64,000 nucleotides of DNA from Candidatus Tanganyikabacteria bacterium (GTDB lineage Bacteria; Cyanobacteriota; Sericytochromatia; S15B-MN24; VGJW01), in assembly GCA_016867265.1 (NCBI GenBank), contig VGJW01000008.1:458-64457 (forward strand), read 5' to 3'. Position 1 is the first letter of the stretch. Each line of letters opens with the position of its first letter. Below are positions 28,461 through 41,038 of the stretch, piece by piece. The notes under the pieces are model-generated. The model was given only the letters and a program-made list of their open reading frames with translations, did no database searches and had not been told where the DNA came from. The translations under genes were made by a program, and so were the position numbers.

Positions 28461-31400
28461 ATGACTGTCTCTCCCTCCACCGACATCACGGCACGCGCGG
28501 AAGCCTCGGTCGAGGCATGGAAACGCAGGCTGCTCGACCTGTCCCTGCGCAACAGGGCCCTGAATCTCAAGACCGGTGGTCCCGGCGCGCTGGCGTGCGA
28601 GGGCCCGGATCCCGTGCAGGCCCTGCGCCACCTCGTCCTCGACGAGCAACGATATGGTTTCCACGCGACCCGAACGACCGAAGGCACCGAGGAAGATCCT
28701 GCGGTTGCTCCGGGCGTCCCGGAGGCCAGCCTGGCCGTCGCCATGACCCGGCATGCCCTGGACGGGGCACTGCGACGGCTGGATGATGCCGCCGCCCGGG
28801 CACGGGAAGACCAGGGCCTGGGCATCCTCTTCCTCTGCCTCGGGCAGATCCGCTGGGTCGACCCGCGCCAGCCGGGCACCCCGCTGCTGGCACCGCTGCT
28901 GCTGCTGCCGGTGACCCTCTCACGAAGGGCGGTCGGTGGCAGCTACCACCTCGAGGCCAGCCAGGAAGACCCCATCGTCAACCCCACCTTGGCCGAAGCC
29001 CTGCGCCACCACCACCGCATCGAACTTCCGGCCCTGCCCGACGACCTCGACCCGCCCGACGAGCAACAACCCGATCCCCTGGCGGCGTGGTTCGACGACG
29101 TGACCCGGGAAATCGGCCGGATGGACAAGGGCGCCATCGAGCACCGCGTCGTCCTGACCACGCTCTCCTTCGCGAAGTACGTCATGTATCGCGACCTGAA
29201 CGTGCTCGCGCCGGGCCTTGCCGCGCACCCCCTCGCCAGCAGGCTCTTCCAACGCAAGGTCGACGAGATGGTCGGCCTGCCCGCAAGCATGCGCGACCTC
29301 GATCTGGACCGCGACCACCCCCCGGAGAACACGCCCCAGATCGTCGATGCGGATGGCAGCCAGTTGCGCGCCGTCGCCGCGGTGTCCAGAGGCCATGACC
29401 TGGTTCTGGAAGGTCCGCCCGGCACGGGCAAGTCACAGACCATCACCAACCTGATCGCCTCGGTCCTCGCCCGTGGGGGCCGCGTCCTCTTCGTCGCCGA
29501 GAAAAAGGCGGCGCTCGACGTGGTCCATGCCAAGCTGGCGGCGGCCGGCCTGGGCGAATGCTGCCTCGAGCTTCATGCGGCCAAGGCGACACGCCGCGCC
29601 GTCCTCGCCAGCATCGGGGAGGCCCTGGATCGCTCGTTGGCGCAGGTCACCCCACCCTCGGGCGCGGGCCCCGTCCTCAAGGACAGCCGGGCGCGCCTCG
29701 CGGCCTACCTCGGAGCCCTGCATCAGACGACACCTGAGGGCGGGCTGTCGGCGCGCATGTGGATGGACCGGCTCGAACCCGTCCGTCAGGCACCACGGTG
29801 TACGCTCGAGGGCGCCCCGGCAGCGTGGAACGAGACCCTCTGGCGCGAGGCCATCCGAGCCCTCGAGGCCCTGGGCCAGACCGGCACGGCGCTTGGCAAT
29901 CCGGCCGACCACCCGTGGCGGGGCTGCCGCCTGATCCTGCTGACGGAAGACCGCACGGCCCGCATCGACGAGGCCGCGGGCCTGCTCAGGCAGGCACTGG
30001 ATACGGCCCGAGATGCGGCCGTGGCCGTGGCTGGCAACTATGGCCTGCCGCCTCTGCGCAAGCTGTCGGACCTCGCAATGGCCGCGAGCCTGGGCGACAT
30101 GCTGGCCGAGGCACCCGGCCTGCCGATGCTGGACGAGGCGTGGCAGGCGCCCCCCCCTGCCGCGACGGCAGCCCTCGAGGCCCTGCGCACCCTGGCCAAC
30201 CGGCGCAAGGCCATCGCACCCTGGGCCGAGGGCCGATGGGACGCTTGCACCGCGCTGCCCCGGGAAACCCTGTCGGCCGACCTGGCCCATGTCCGGGCGG
30301 CCCGGCAACGCCTGTGGGGCCTAGGAGCCCTGCTGGACGGACGGGTCCGGCACTTGCGGCGCCATTGGGCCAACCTCGGCGACAAACTGTCGGCCGCCGA
30401 TACCGAGCAACGTCTGGCCGACGTGGTGGCATGGCGCGACGCGGTCGCCGCCGTCGAAGCCATGGCTGCCGAGGGCCAAAGGGTCTTCGGGGGGCTGTGG
30501 CGCGGCACCGCGACCGATGCCGAGGCCCTGGGCCAGGCCATGGACTGGATGGTGGCCTTCCGAGCGCTTTGCGTGCGCCATCAGCTGTCCCGGGAGCCTC
30601 TTGCCGGGGTCGCGGGCCAACGGCATCCGGAGGTCTCGGACCTGCGGGCCTTGCGCCAGCGGCTGGAAGCCCTGCGCACCGCATTGCGATCTCTGGAAGA
30701 GGCCGTGGCCTGGCCCGAGGGATGGCTGGCGAACGAGGACCTCGATGAGGCGGATCGCCGGGTGGAAGCCCTGCAGGCACGGCTTGCGGACGGACCACGC
30801 TGGACGGCGTGGGAAGGTGCGCGACAACAGGTGCTGGCAACGGAGGGGAGACGCATCCTCGCGGCGGTCGACGACGGCAGGATTCCTCCAGCGCAGGCTG
30901 CGGCAGCCTTCCAGCGGGCCGCGGCAGTGGAGCGCCTGGATGCCCTGGTGGCCGGCAATCCGGTGCTCGCGAGCTTCAATGGTCCGGTGCACGAGCAGGA
31001 CATCGACACCTTCCGCAAGCTGGACCAGCAGGTCCTGCAGGACAATCGCCTCGGCCTGGTGGCGGGACACCGGCATCGCCTGCAGGAGGCCTTCCGCCAA
31101 CCGGACCTGCAGGCCGAGCTCCAGATCCTGCGGCGCGAGGTCAATCGCCTGCGGGCCCACCGTCCGCTGCGCGAGACCATGCGCAAGGCAGGCAGGGCCA
31201 TCCGCACCATCAAGCCGTGCCTGCTGATGAGCCCGCTGACCGTGGCCCAATTCCTGCCGCCCGACATCGAAGCCTTCGACCTGGTGGTCTTCGACGAAGC
31301 CTCGCAGTTGCCGACTCAGGACGCCATCGGCGCCATCGCGCGGGGCCGCCAGCTGGTGGTGGTCGGGGATCCCCGGCAGCTGCCGCCTACCAACTTCTTC

Positions 31401-33182
31401 CAGATCGCCCTCGACGAGGAAGTTCCTCGGGACGAGGACGGCGAGCCCCTGCTGGAAACCACCGAGAGCGTCCTCGAGGAGTTCGTGTCGGCGGGCATCC
31501 CGTTCTGCCGCCTGAAGTGGCATTACCGCAGCCAGCACCCCTCCCTGATCCAATACTCCAACGTGCAGTGCTACGACGGTGAGTTGCTGACGCCCCCGTC
31601 GCCCTTGCCGCGATCAGAGACCCTCGGGCTTGCCTTCCACCACGTCGCGGACGGCATCTATGAGGGGCAGGGCCGCAACCCTCGCGAGGCCCGTGCCGTG
31701 GCCGAAGCCGTCATGGCTCACTTCCGCCGGCACCCCGACTTGTCTCTGGGCGTCGGCACCTTCAACCAGGCACAGCAGCAGCTGATCCTCGATGAAGTGG
31801 ACCGCCTGCGCCGCCAAGAGCCCGATCTGGAAGCCCTCTTCGGACGGGACCGGCCCGAGCCCTTCTTCGTGAAGCACCTCGAAACCATTCAGGGCGATGA
31901 GCGCGACGTCATCCTGATCTCGGTCTCTTACGGCCGCAACAGCCAGGGTCGCATCCACCAGCTCTTCGGTCCCCTGAACCAGGACCAAGGCTGGCGCCGG
32001 CTGAACGTCCTCGCCTCGCGAGCTCGCAAGCGGATGGCGGTCTACGCGTCCATCCTTGCCGAGGACCTGCGCCTGGGTCCCGCGCAGTCGGATGGACCAA
32101 GGCTGCTGCGGACCTTCCTGCACTTCGCCCAGACCGGACATCTGGACCTTCCGGGCGGCCACGCCGACGCACTGCCCGAGAACGCCTTTGAGGCCGGAGT
32201 ACGCGGGGAGCTTGCACGGCTGGGCCACGAGGTCGTCTCCCAGGTCGGCGTGGCCGGCTTCCGCATTGATCTGGCCGTCATGGACCCGGCGCGACCGGGT
32301 CGCTTCCTGTGCGGCATCGAGTGCGACGGCGCCAGCTATCACAGCTCCCCCACGGCCCGGGACCGGGATCGCCTGCGCCAGCAACTGCTCGAGGCCCGGG
32401 GCTGGACCATCCTGCGGGTCTGGTCGACGGACTGGTTCAAGGACCGTGCCGGCGAGGTCGCGCGCCTGGATGCACGGTTGAAAGAGTTGGCGAGGCAGGC
32501 CCAACCGGTGTCGGCAGTCGAAACGGCGAATACGGAGGCAGCCGCGTCCATCACCGTTGCCCCAGAGGCCCCCTCTGCTGCGCCCGTTACGGCGACCGAC
32601 GGCAGCGATGCTCGCGAACGCCCCTACCGGCGCCCGGTCCTGACACGCTATGTGGCCGTCACCGAGTTGACGCCGGCGCCCGGCGGCGAGCTGGCCGAAG
32701 CCCCGCTCGACCTGCTGGCCCGCCACCTGCGCCAGATCGCGGCGGTCGAGGCCCCCATCCACGTCGATGAACTTGCGGCAAGGCTCGTGGCTATCTGGCA
32801 ACGCCGACAGGGCAGCCGCATCCGGGCGCACCTCGACAGGGCCTTGGCCATCCTGCTCCGCGAGGGTGGCTTGGTGCGTCGCGGCGACTTCATCCATCGG
32901 GAGGAAGGCCGGGTCCTGCCACGCTGCCGCACGGACGTGGCCCTGAAGGCGGATCGGATCGCACCCGAGGAATACGGCGCGGCCTTGCTCGCCGTGCTTG
33001 CAGACGGCCACGGCTTCGATCGGGACCGACTGTTGGGGGAAGTGCGGGGCGTGTTGGGCTTCAGCCGGACAGGTCCCCAGCTGGAAGCCGCCATCGAGGC
33101 CGCCATGCAGGATTTGCTGGCCCAAGGAGCCCTTGGCCAGGGCAGTGCAGGCGTCGCGCTGCGGGAAGGCCAGGGGGGCTGA
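28461..33182 (+). CDS. large DUF4011 / SF1 (Upf1-like) helicase / DUF559-Vsr-like endonuclease protein (Hhe-like single-gene defence candidate)
   Basis: Walker A GPPGTGKSQTITNLIAS. Motif II VVFDEASQL and VVGDPRQLPPT. C-terminal helicase motifs (ETIQGDERDVILIS; LNVLASRARKRM). Endonuclease-like fold FRIDLAVMDPARPGRFLCGIECDGASYHSS...RDRLRQQLLEARGWTILRVWSTDWF. AAGGTGAGGA RBS. Confidence 0.85.
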   Translation: MTVSPSTDITARAEASVEAWKRRLLDLSLRNRALNLKTGGPGALACEGPDPVQALRHLVLDEQRYGFHATRTTEGTEEDPAVAPGVPEASLAVAMTRHALDGALRRLDDAAARAREDQGLGILFLCLGQIRWVDPRQPGTPLLAPLLLLPVTLSRRAVGGSYHLEASQEDPIVNPTLAEALRHHHRIELPALPDDLDPPDEQQPDPLAAWFDDVTREIGRMDKGAIEHRVVLTTLSFAKYVMYRDLNVLAPGLAAHPLASRLFQRKVDEMVGLPASMRDLDLDRDHPPENTPQIVDADGSQLRAVAAVSRGHDLVLEGPPGTGKSQTITNLIASVLARGGRVLFVAEKKAALDVVHAKLAAAGLGECCLELHAAKATRRAVLASIGEALDRSLAQVTPPSGAGPVLKDSRARLAAYLGALHQTTPEGGLSARMWMDRLEPVRQAPRCTLEGAPAAWNETLWREAIRALEALGQTGTALGNPADHPWRGCRLILLTEDRTARIDEAAGLLRQALDTARDAAVAVAGNYGLPPLRKLSDLAMAASLGDMLAEAPGLPMLDEAWQAPPPAATAALEALRTLANRRKAIAPWAEGRWDACTALPRETLSADLAHVRAARQRLWGLGALLDGRVRHLRRHWANLGDKLSAADTEQRLADVVAWRDAVAAVEAMAAEGQRVFGGLWRGTATDAEALGQAMDWMVAFRALCVRHQLSREPLAGVAGQRHPEVSDLRALRQRLEALRTALRSLEEAVAWPEGWLANEDLDEADRRVEALQARLADGPRWTAWEGARQQVLATEGRRILAAVDDGRIPPAQAAAAFQRAAAVERLDALVAGNPVLASFNGPVHEQDIDTFRKLDQQVLQDNRLGLVAGHRHRLQEAFRQPDLQAELQILRREVNRLRAHRPLRETMRKAGRAIRTIKPCLLMSPLTVAQFLPPDIEAFDLVVFDEASQLPTQDAIGAIARGRQLVVVGDPRQLPPTNFFQIALDEEVPRDEDGEPLLETTESVLEEFVSAGIPFCRLKWHYRSQHPSLIQYSNVQCYDGELLTPPSPLPRSETLGLAFHHVADGIYEGQGRNPREARAVAEAVMAHFRRHPDLSLGVGTFNQAQQQLILDEVDRLRRQEPDLEALFGRDRPEPFFVKHLETIQGDERDVILISVSYGRNSQGRIHQLFGPLNQDQGWRRLNVLASRARKRMAVYASILAEDLRLGPAQSDGPRLLRTFLHFAQTGHLDLPGGHADALPENAFEAGVRGELARLGHEVVSQVGVAGFRIDLAVMDPARPGRFLCGIECDGASYHSSPTARDRDRLRQQLLEARGWTILRVWSTDWFKDRAGEVARLDARLKELARQAQPVSAVETANTEAAASITVAPEAPSAAPVTATDGSDARERPYRRPVLTRYVAVTELTPAPGGELAEAPLDLLARHLRQIAAVEAPIHVDELAARLVAIWQRRQGSRIRAHLDRALAILLREGGLVRRGDFIHREEGRVLPRCRTDVALKADRIAPEEYGAALLAVLADGHGFDRDRLLGEVRGVLGFSRTGPQLEAAIEAAMQDLLAQGALGQGSAGVALREGQGG

Positions 33183-33231
33183 ATCGGAGTCTTGGCATGC
33201 CTGAACCCGAGGTTGCGATCCAGCAGACGGG

Positions 33232-33645
33232 GTGACGCCTTGGGTCGCGGCCCTGATGCCGAGGGTTGCCACCCTCGCCAACGAGGTGGCCGCCTCGCAG
33301 GTCTATCCGCGTGGCTTCATCGGTTCGGACGGCAGGCCCGACTGGAACGCGTCGATCCTCACCTCGGCAGTCGTCCGGCCGCTGGCCTTGGGTTCCGGTC
33401 ACCTGCTGGCGGGCGATTCCGGACGCGCCACATGGGTGGGCCTCGGGGCAGCGGTGGCCAGCGCCGTCGCGTCGACGGCATTCGAAAAGGCGGCCTTGTC
33501 GGCATACAAGCCGGCAGAAAGCCGTACCGCCCTCGACGCGGCGATGATTTACCTGTCAGCCGGTGTGTACGCCGGCGTCCATGCCGCCGTTGCGTGGGAT
33601 GCCTGGCGCACGGCGGAAGGTTTCCCGACGACCGAAGCCAAGTAA
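33232..33645 (+). CDS. hypothetical small membrane protein
   Basis: 137-aa ORF with hydrophobic stretches and high GC3. Weak RBS. No family recognised. Confidence 0.3.
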   Translation: MTPWVAALMPRVATLANEVAASQVYPRGFIGSDGRPDWNASILTSAVVRPLALGSGHLLAGDSGRATWVGLGAAVASAVASTAFEKAALSAYKPAESRTALDAAMIYLSAGVYAGVHAAVAWDAWRTAEGFPTTEAK

Positions 33646-33700
33646 GCCGGTCGGGAGGCCTCGGGACCAAGCCGGCGCGACGGCTGGCCTTGACGCCGTA

Positions 33701-34339
33701 CTACAGCGGCGCGTAGATCCCGACGACGTGGCGGTTGCCCGGCGGAAAGTTTTCCGGCCCCCCGTAGCTCATGTTGCCGTCGTTGTAGAACTTGCCGTTG
33801 CCTGCCGCAATGGCGATATCCCCGGCCTTGGGGTGGCGCGTACCAGGTGTTCCAGGGCGCACGACCACCACCGATCCCGGAGGGGCGTCATAGGGGTTGT
33901 CGATGGGCAGCTTGCGCAGGCCGAGGCGGGCGGCGTGATCGCCTTGGTTCATGAACTCACCGAACTGACGCGCGTAGCGCGTATGGGTCCAGGGGATGCT
34001 GTCCGGCAGTAGGTGACCGTAACCGGCCCGCATCAGGTAGAGGTGCACGGCGCGGTAACAATAGCCTCCGGGTCGCTTGCCGCCCACTGCACGGCGGGCC
34101 ATCTCGACGAGCTTCTTCATCTGAGCTTGGCCCCGCTCGGAAATGTCCGCGTCGTCACCGGCGGGCTTGGCGGCGGGATCCGCGTGGGCTGCCCTCGCGG
34201 CCTCGCTCAGGCCAAGGGCATCGGCGCGCAGGGCCTGGGGCAGGGCCTCCGGTTCGCCCGCCTGGGACTGCCCCTGCACGGGAAGCGACGGCACGACGGC
34301 GAGGCGATGTGAAGAGGCAATCAAGGAACGATCGGGCAC
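33701..34339 (-). CDS. CHAP/NlpC-P60-like papain-fold peptidase/amidase (putative cell-wall hydrolase)
   Basis: Candidate catalytic Cys in GGYCYRAVHLYLMRAGYG and His in NRHVVGIY, in the spacing typical of CHAP. Start uncertain: GTG 34339 or an internal ATG. Confidence 0.45.
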   Translation of the reverse strand: MPDRSLIASSHRLAVVPSLPVQGQSQAGEPEALPQALRADALGLSEAARAAHADPAAKPAGDDADISERGQAQMKKLVEMARRAVGGKRPGGYCYRAVHLYLMRAGYGHLLPDSIPWTHTRYARQFGEFMNQGDHAARLGLRKLPIDNPYDAPPGSVVVVRPGTPGTRHPKAGDIAIAAGNGKFYNDGNMSYGGPENFPPGNRHVVGIYAPL

Positions 34340-34531
34340 GGCACGTGCATCCTTTCGGCACGAAAGGCCGGGAGTTGGCCCGGCATCTACTCATCCCATC
34401 GGCCGCGATGCGGCCGGACTTGCCTTTGTGCGACACACACCGGTGTCCGTGATCATCCTGCCCGGCCTGGTCGAAAAAGCCTCGCCCCGGGCAAACCTGA
34501 CGTATCCGGAAGCAGCGGGTATGCTGGCGAC

Positions 34532-35302
34532 ATGCGTCAGCACGCCCTACCCGTGGCCCTTGCCGTGGTCACGATTGCCGGCTTCGCCGCCTTGCGCGCC
34601 CAAGCCTTCGATGCCTTCGACGGTCCCGTCGCGTCCAGCCAGCGCGAGACGGATCTGGTGGACCTCTATGTCTTCCGCGATGCGGAGCAATCGGATGCCG
34701 GCGTCTCGAACGACATCGACGCCATCATGACCGTGGCACCGGGGACGACCCTGAACGGCGTGCCCACCTTTCCCACGAATGCCCGCTACAACCTGCACAT
34801 CGGCCGGGTGACGGGCGGACCGACCACGACACCGGCCGGGACCGCAGACCTGACGCTGAGCGTCAACTTTGGTGCCGTATCCGGCACGCAACAGGCCATG
34901 AGAATCACGGCCATCCAACACGCGGCGCCTGCCGCGACCGCGACCGTCACGGTCAACACCGACGGCGAACCCTTGCTCACCTCGCCCCCCGCCGGGACGG
35001 GCGCGCTGGTCCACACGGCCGAGCTGACCTTGGGCAGCCAGGCCAAGGTTTCCTTCAGGGCATTTGCCGGCCTGCGCGAAGACCCCTCGTATCACGACCG
35101 TGCCCGCTTCCTGTCGATTCTCGATGGCTTGGCCGCGGGCGGCGCGGCACCGGCACCCTTCGCCTCGCCGGGCCTGGGCACGGATGCGGCAGCAGGTCGC
35201 AACGTCCTGGCCATCGCCTTGTCCCTGCCGCCCAACTTGCTCAAGGGCAGCGTCAACACGACGGTCTTCGACACGTGGCAGACCATCGAGGTGGCGCGAT
35301 GA
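34532..35302 (+). CDS. secreted DUF4331-like protein
   Basis: Signal peptide [26 protein letters not shown]-terminal ...[16 protein letters not shown] resembles the DUF4331 opening. Translationally coupled (ATGA) to the collagen-like gene. Confidence 0.45.
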   Translation: MRQHALPVALAVVTIAGFAALRAQAFDAFDGPVASSQRETDLVDLYVFRDAEQSDAGVSNDIDAIMTVAPGTTLNGVPTFPTNARYNLHIGRVTGGPTTTPAGTADLTLSVNFGAVSGTQQAMRITAIQHAAPAATATVTVNTDGEPLLTSPPAGTGALVHTAELTLGSQAKVSFRAFAGLREDPSYHDRARFLSILDGLAAGGAAPAPFASPGLGTDAAAGRNVLAIALSLPPNLLKGSVNTTVFDTWQTIEVAR

Positions 35303-36144
35303 AGGCCGGCCTTGTTTTGGGGCTTTCCCTCGCAAGCCTCGTGGCCTGCCGGCCGGCGACGACGATCGCGGGCAAGGATGGCGTCCCGGGGGCGACCGGC
35401 CCCTCGGGCCCTCCGGGCATCTCGGGCGCCACGGGCAGTCCCGGCCCGCAGGGCGTTCCCGGAGCCACGGGTTCGATTGGGCCGGCGGGGCCGACCGGAG
35501 CAACTGGCAGTCCTGGACCGTCGGGTCCGCCGGGCTCAAAGGGACAGACCGGCCCTGCAGGCAAGGACGCGGGCGTGCTCCCCAATCCGACGGCACCCGT
35601 CTCCCTCGAGGTCCTCGGGGCCAACGGCTGGGTGCAGGTGGATCGCTCCGCGCGACCGGGCTTGGCCCTGCTGTTGCGTGATGGTGCGGATCAGGACGTT
35701 TGGAACACCATGACGCCGACGGATGACGTCGCGAGCACCAGCACGAGCCTGGGCATCCGCAAAGCCTTGGCCGACTCGCTCAAGCTGCTTGGCCACAAGG
35801 ATGCCTCGGGCGACCTCGATGCAACGGGTTCGGCCATGCTGGCGGCCTTCCTGCCCGATGCTCTTCGTATCGAGACCAGCACCACGGGCGGCTACGGTGC
35901 GCAGGTGCGCACCACCACGAACACGGCCCTCGACGAAATGACGGCGACCCCATTCCTGACGGGTGGCCGGCGCATCAAGGACGACGCCTTCGACATCAGC
36001 TTGGGCTACTGGTCGGCCCATGCGACGTGGTCGGCGGGCGACGGAGTCAGCTACGACGGCCCCAATCTGGGCACCTATCCCAACGGACGCACCGGCCACA
36101 AACCGCTCAAGGGATCGTTCCCCTTCCTCGCGCCGCCGAACTAG
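35299..36144 (+). CDS. collagen-like triple-helix repeat lipoprotein
   Basis: Lipobox [11 protein letters not shown]. About 25 uninterrupted G-X-Y triplets ([66 protein letters not shown]). Globular C-terminal domain. Confidence 0.8.
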   Translation: MKAGLVLGLSLASLVACRPATTIAGKDGVPGATGPSGPPGISGATGSPGPQGVPGATGSIGPAGPTGATGSPGPSGPPGSKGQTGPAGKDAGVLPNPTAPVSLEVLGANGWVQVDRSARPGLALLLRDGADQDVWNTMTPTDDVASTSTSLGIRKALADSLKLLGHKDASGDLDATGSAMLAAFLPDALRIETSTTGGYGAQVRTTTNTALDEMTATPFLTGGRRIKDDAFDISLGYWSAHATWSAGDGVSYDGPNLGTYPNGRTGHKPLKGSFPFLAPPN

Positions 36145-37181
36145 CCCTCGGCCGTGTCCGTTTCGGCAACAGCCGCGACGGCCTCTACGGACTCGGGTTT
36201 GGCGACCACGGGAGGCAAGTCGTTGAAGGGCACCGCGCGCGTCGTGAACGTCAGTCCGGTGAGCGCTTCAGAAGCCTGCCACAAACGCTCTGCGACCTCG
36301 GGCACCAAGGCATGCGCTGCCGGCCGTTCGCGACGCGGGAAGCCCCGCATCCCCAAGGCCGGACCAAAGTAGTCGCCGGGCCCGACGCCACCGCCAGCCG
36401 CCGCCTTGAGCGTGGGCAAGGCTCCCATCAGGGCCGACTGGCCAAGAATGCGCGTTCCCATCGAGAAGAAGGCCTCGGCCACCACCGAACCTTGGCCGCT
36501 GCCCATCAGGTTGGTCGCGGCAAAGCCCGGATGGCACGCCACGGGCATGACCGGGAACTCGTGACGGTCGCGGCGATGGACCAGTGCCATCGTGAAAAGC
36601 AGGTTCGCCAGCTTGCTCTGGGCATAGGCCCCGAACTTGTCGTAGCGCCGGGTACCCATCAGGTCGTCGAAGGCCATCCGGCCCGCACGGTGGGCCATGC
36701 TGCTGACATGGACGACCCGCGCCGCAGGCGCGGCCATCAACAACGGCCACAGATGGGCCGTAAGCGCGAAGTGCCCCAGATGATTGGTCCCGAACTGCAA
36801 CTCGTGACCCTCGGCGGTGGTTGCCCGAGGCACGGCCATGACCCCCGCGTTGTTGATCAGCAGATCGAGCGCCGCGAGATCCTCACCCAAGGTCTCGGCA
36901 GCCGCCCGGACGCTGCCGAGGCTCGCAAGGTCCAGCGGCAGGAGCTCGACGGAGGCCTCGGGCACGACAGCCCGAACGGCAGCCAAAGCCTGCTCGCCCT
37001 TCTCTGGACTGCGGCACCCCATGATGACGCGAGCCCCCCTGCAGGCAAGCAAGCGCGCAGCCTCGAGGCCGATGCCACTGCTTGCGCCCGTGACCAGCGC
37101 CGTCCGACCCGTCAGGTCGGGCACTTCGGCCATCAGCCACTGCTGGATGTCGGGAGAAAGCTGGGGCAAGCTCAGAATCAT
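36141..37181 (-). CDS. short-chain dehydrogenase/reductase (retinol-DH/WWOX-like)
   Basis: [15 protein letters not shown] Rossmann motif. NNAG. Catalytic YAQSK. Confidence 0.85.
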   Translation of the reverse strand: MILSLPQLSPDIQQWLMAEVPDLTGRTALVTGASSGIGLEAARLLACRGARVIMGCRSPEKGEQALAAVRAVVPEASVELLPLDLASLGSVRAAAETLGEDLAALDLLINNAGVMAVPRATTAEGHELQFGTNHLGHFALTAHLWPLLMAAPAARVVHVSSMAHRAGRMAFDDLMGTRRYDKFGAYAQSKLANLLFTMALVHRRDRHEFPVMPVACHPGFAATNLMGSGQGSVVAEAFFSMGTRILGQSALMGALPTLKAAAGGGVGPGDYFGPALGMRGFPRRERPAAHALVPEVAERLWQASEALTGLTFTTRAVPFNDLPPVVAKPESVEAVAAVAETDTAEG

Positions 37182-37232
37182 GGGTCCATCGTCCCATGCG
37201 CGGCATCGGGACGCCGTGATCCGGACCCCGGG

Positions 37233-38222
37233 TCAGGGACGCGGGGAGACAGGCTCCTTCCGGGCTTCGAGGACCAGATCCCGTGCCACGTTTGCAAAGG
37301 TCCGGTAGGTGTTGCCGCCCGGTGGTCGCTCGGACAGGATCGACACCACCAGACGTCGTCCACCGAGCGTGACGATGCCCGCGTCATGAGTGACACGCGA
37401 GGTCTCGCCGGTCTTGTGGAAGACGCGGGCACCGGGCGGCAGCGCGGCCGGGATCTTATCGTTATCCATCTGGCGGCCCAAGATCTCTTTCATGCGGGCC
37501 GAGGCCTCGGGAGAGATCAATCGGCCTTCCTCGATACGCCCCAACAGATCAGACACCTGATCCGCCCGGACTTGATTACGGCCGCCGACATAGCCGGGAT
37601 CCGGAATAGGCGCGGCCCCGCTAAGCTTGCGGTTGATTTGCAGGTCGGGCCAACCGAGGCGCGCCATGGTCGCGTTGATGTCCTGCCGGCCAAGGACATC
37701 CATCAAGGTATTGGTGGCGACATTGTCCGACCGAGTGATCATGAGATCGACCAGTTGCTGGACGGAAACCTCGTCACCGACCTTGAGGACAGGCAGCCAG
37801 GTCTCGGTCATGTTTTCGGGCCGGATGCGCACGCGCATCGCGGGATCGAGGCCCTTGTCCGCTCGCTGGCGCTCCATCTCGACCATCACGTAGAGCTTCG
37901 CGATGGAGGCGCCGGGACGGATGGATGACGCTTTCCACGTGCCCATGTCGCCCGTGACGACATCCCGTATGACGACAGAGGCATCCTGGAAACCGTGCTT
38001 CTCCATGGTCCGGGCCAGGACGGCCTGCAGGCCTTCAGCCCGTCTGGCGGCGGCTTCCGGGGAGAGGCGCACCCGATCCTTCGAAGCCGGGGGCGCGGAT
38101 GTCGGCGCGGGCGCCGGCGGGAGAGCAGGAGCGGCTTCGCGCCCGGTTCCGGGCCTCGGCGACGCGTGACGGGCAGGGGACTGACCCCAGGACCAAGCAA
38201 AAGGACTCATACAAGGATTCAT
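37233..38222 (-). CDS. class A beta-lactamase-family serine hydrolase
   Basis: SxxK (GASIAKLYV), SDN (TRSDNVATN) and KTG (FHKTGETS) motifs in class-A order. Start uncertain: ATG 38222 (MNPCMSPFAW) chosen inside ORF 37233..38303. Confidence 0.7.
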   Translation of the reverse strand: MNPCMSPFAWSWGQSPARHASPRPGTGREAAPALPPAPAPTSAPPASKDRVRLSPEAAARRAEGLQAVLARTMEKHGFQDASVVIRDVVTGDMGTWKASSIRPGASIAKLYVMVEMERQRADKGLDPAMRVRIRPENMTETWLPVLKVGDEVSVQQLVDLMITRSDNVATNTLMDVLGRQDINATMARLGWPDLQINRKLSGAAPIPDPGYVGGRNQVRADQVSDLLGRIEEGRLISPEASARMKEILGRQMDNDKIPAALPPGARVFHKTGETSRVTHDAGIVTLGGRRLVVSILSERPPGGNTYRTFANVARDLVLEARKEPVSPRP

Positions 38223-38301
38223 CGCCCCGGCGCTTCTCGGACTTGCGCCGATATGACGGCTGTTTGACCCCTTCCCCGGAGCGGGATTAGCATGGATCGC
38301 C

Positions 38302-39048
38302 ATGGCCGCCCGAAACGCATTCCTCTCCGCGAACCCCCTTGCCGCCTACTACGGCACCACGATCGGCAAGAAGGCCGTGGTCGCTGCGACAGGCCTCATC
38401 CTGATCGGCTTCCTGTTCATCCACCTGGCCGGCAACCTGCTGATGTTCCAGGGCCCCGAGGCCATCAACACCTACGCCGAGTGGCTCGAGGACCTCGGCC
38501 ACGGGGCCGCCAAGTGGGTGGTGCGGGCCGTGTTGCTGGCCTCGGTGGTGCTCCACGTCGTGACGACGGCCCGCCTGACGCGGGAAAACCGCGCAGCCCG
38601 GCCGCAGAAGTACGCCGTGGCCGCGCCCCAGCGCTCGACGGTGGCCTCCCGCAGCATGATCCTGAGCGGCCTCACCCTGCTCTCCTTCATCATCTATCAC
38701 TTGCTCCACTACACTGTCCGGACGGTCCACGCGGCCGCGACCGCAGCCCACGAGGCCTCGCTCGCCACACCCGGCGGCAACGGGGCCTTCGCAGGCGAGA
38801 ACGTCTACAACATGGTCGTGGCGGGCTTCAGCCATCCGGGTGTCTCGTTCTTCTATGTCCTGTCGATGTTCCTGCTGTGCCTGCACCTCAGCCACGGCTT
38901 CCAGAGCGCCTTCCAGACCCTGGGCCTGTCGAACGCGCGGATGAAGCCGACGTGGGGCAAGGTCGGCATCGCCGTCTCCTGGCTGCTCTTCGTGGGCTTC
39001 GCCTCCATCCCCGTCGCCGTCCTCACCGGCCACCTCAAGGCCCTCTGA
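38302..39048 (+). CDS. sdhC: succinate dehydrogenase cytochrome b subunit (Bacillus-type, 5-TM dihaem)
   Basis: Five predicted TM helices with conserved His pairs. Immediately upstream of the flavoprotein and Fe-S subunits. Confidence 0.85.
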   Translation: MAARNAFLSANPLAAYYGTTIGKKAVVAATGLILIGFLFIHLAGNLLMFQGPEAINTYAEWLEDLGHGAAKWVVRAVLLASVVLHVVTTARLTRENRAARPQKYAVAAPQRSTVASRSMILSGLTLLSFIIYHLLHYTVRTVHAAATAAHEASLATPGGNGAFAGENVYNMVVAGFSHPGVSFFYVLSMFLLCLHLSHGFQSAFQTLGLSNARMKPTWGKVGIAVSWLLFVGFASIPVAVLTGHLKAL

Positions 39049-39062
39049 TCGGACCCCTGACC

Positions 39063-41036
<1,974 letters not shown>

Positions 41037-41038
41037 CC

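Noticed and set aside
33192-33716. 174-aa ORF 33192..33716 overlapping the small hypothetical gene
   Set aside because: The translation is Arg/Gly-rich with no hydrophobic core. The alternative frame (33232..33645) is more protein-like, but even that is low confidence.
38292-39062. N-terminal 257 codons of the 914-aa ORF 38292..41036
   Set aside because: This part lies out of frame over sdhC, whose 5-TM cytochrome b product is clearly the real gene. The flavoprotein starts at ATG 39063, 12 bp after the sdhC stop.
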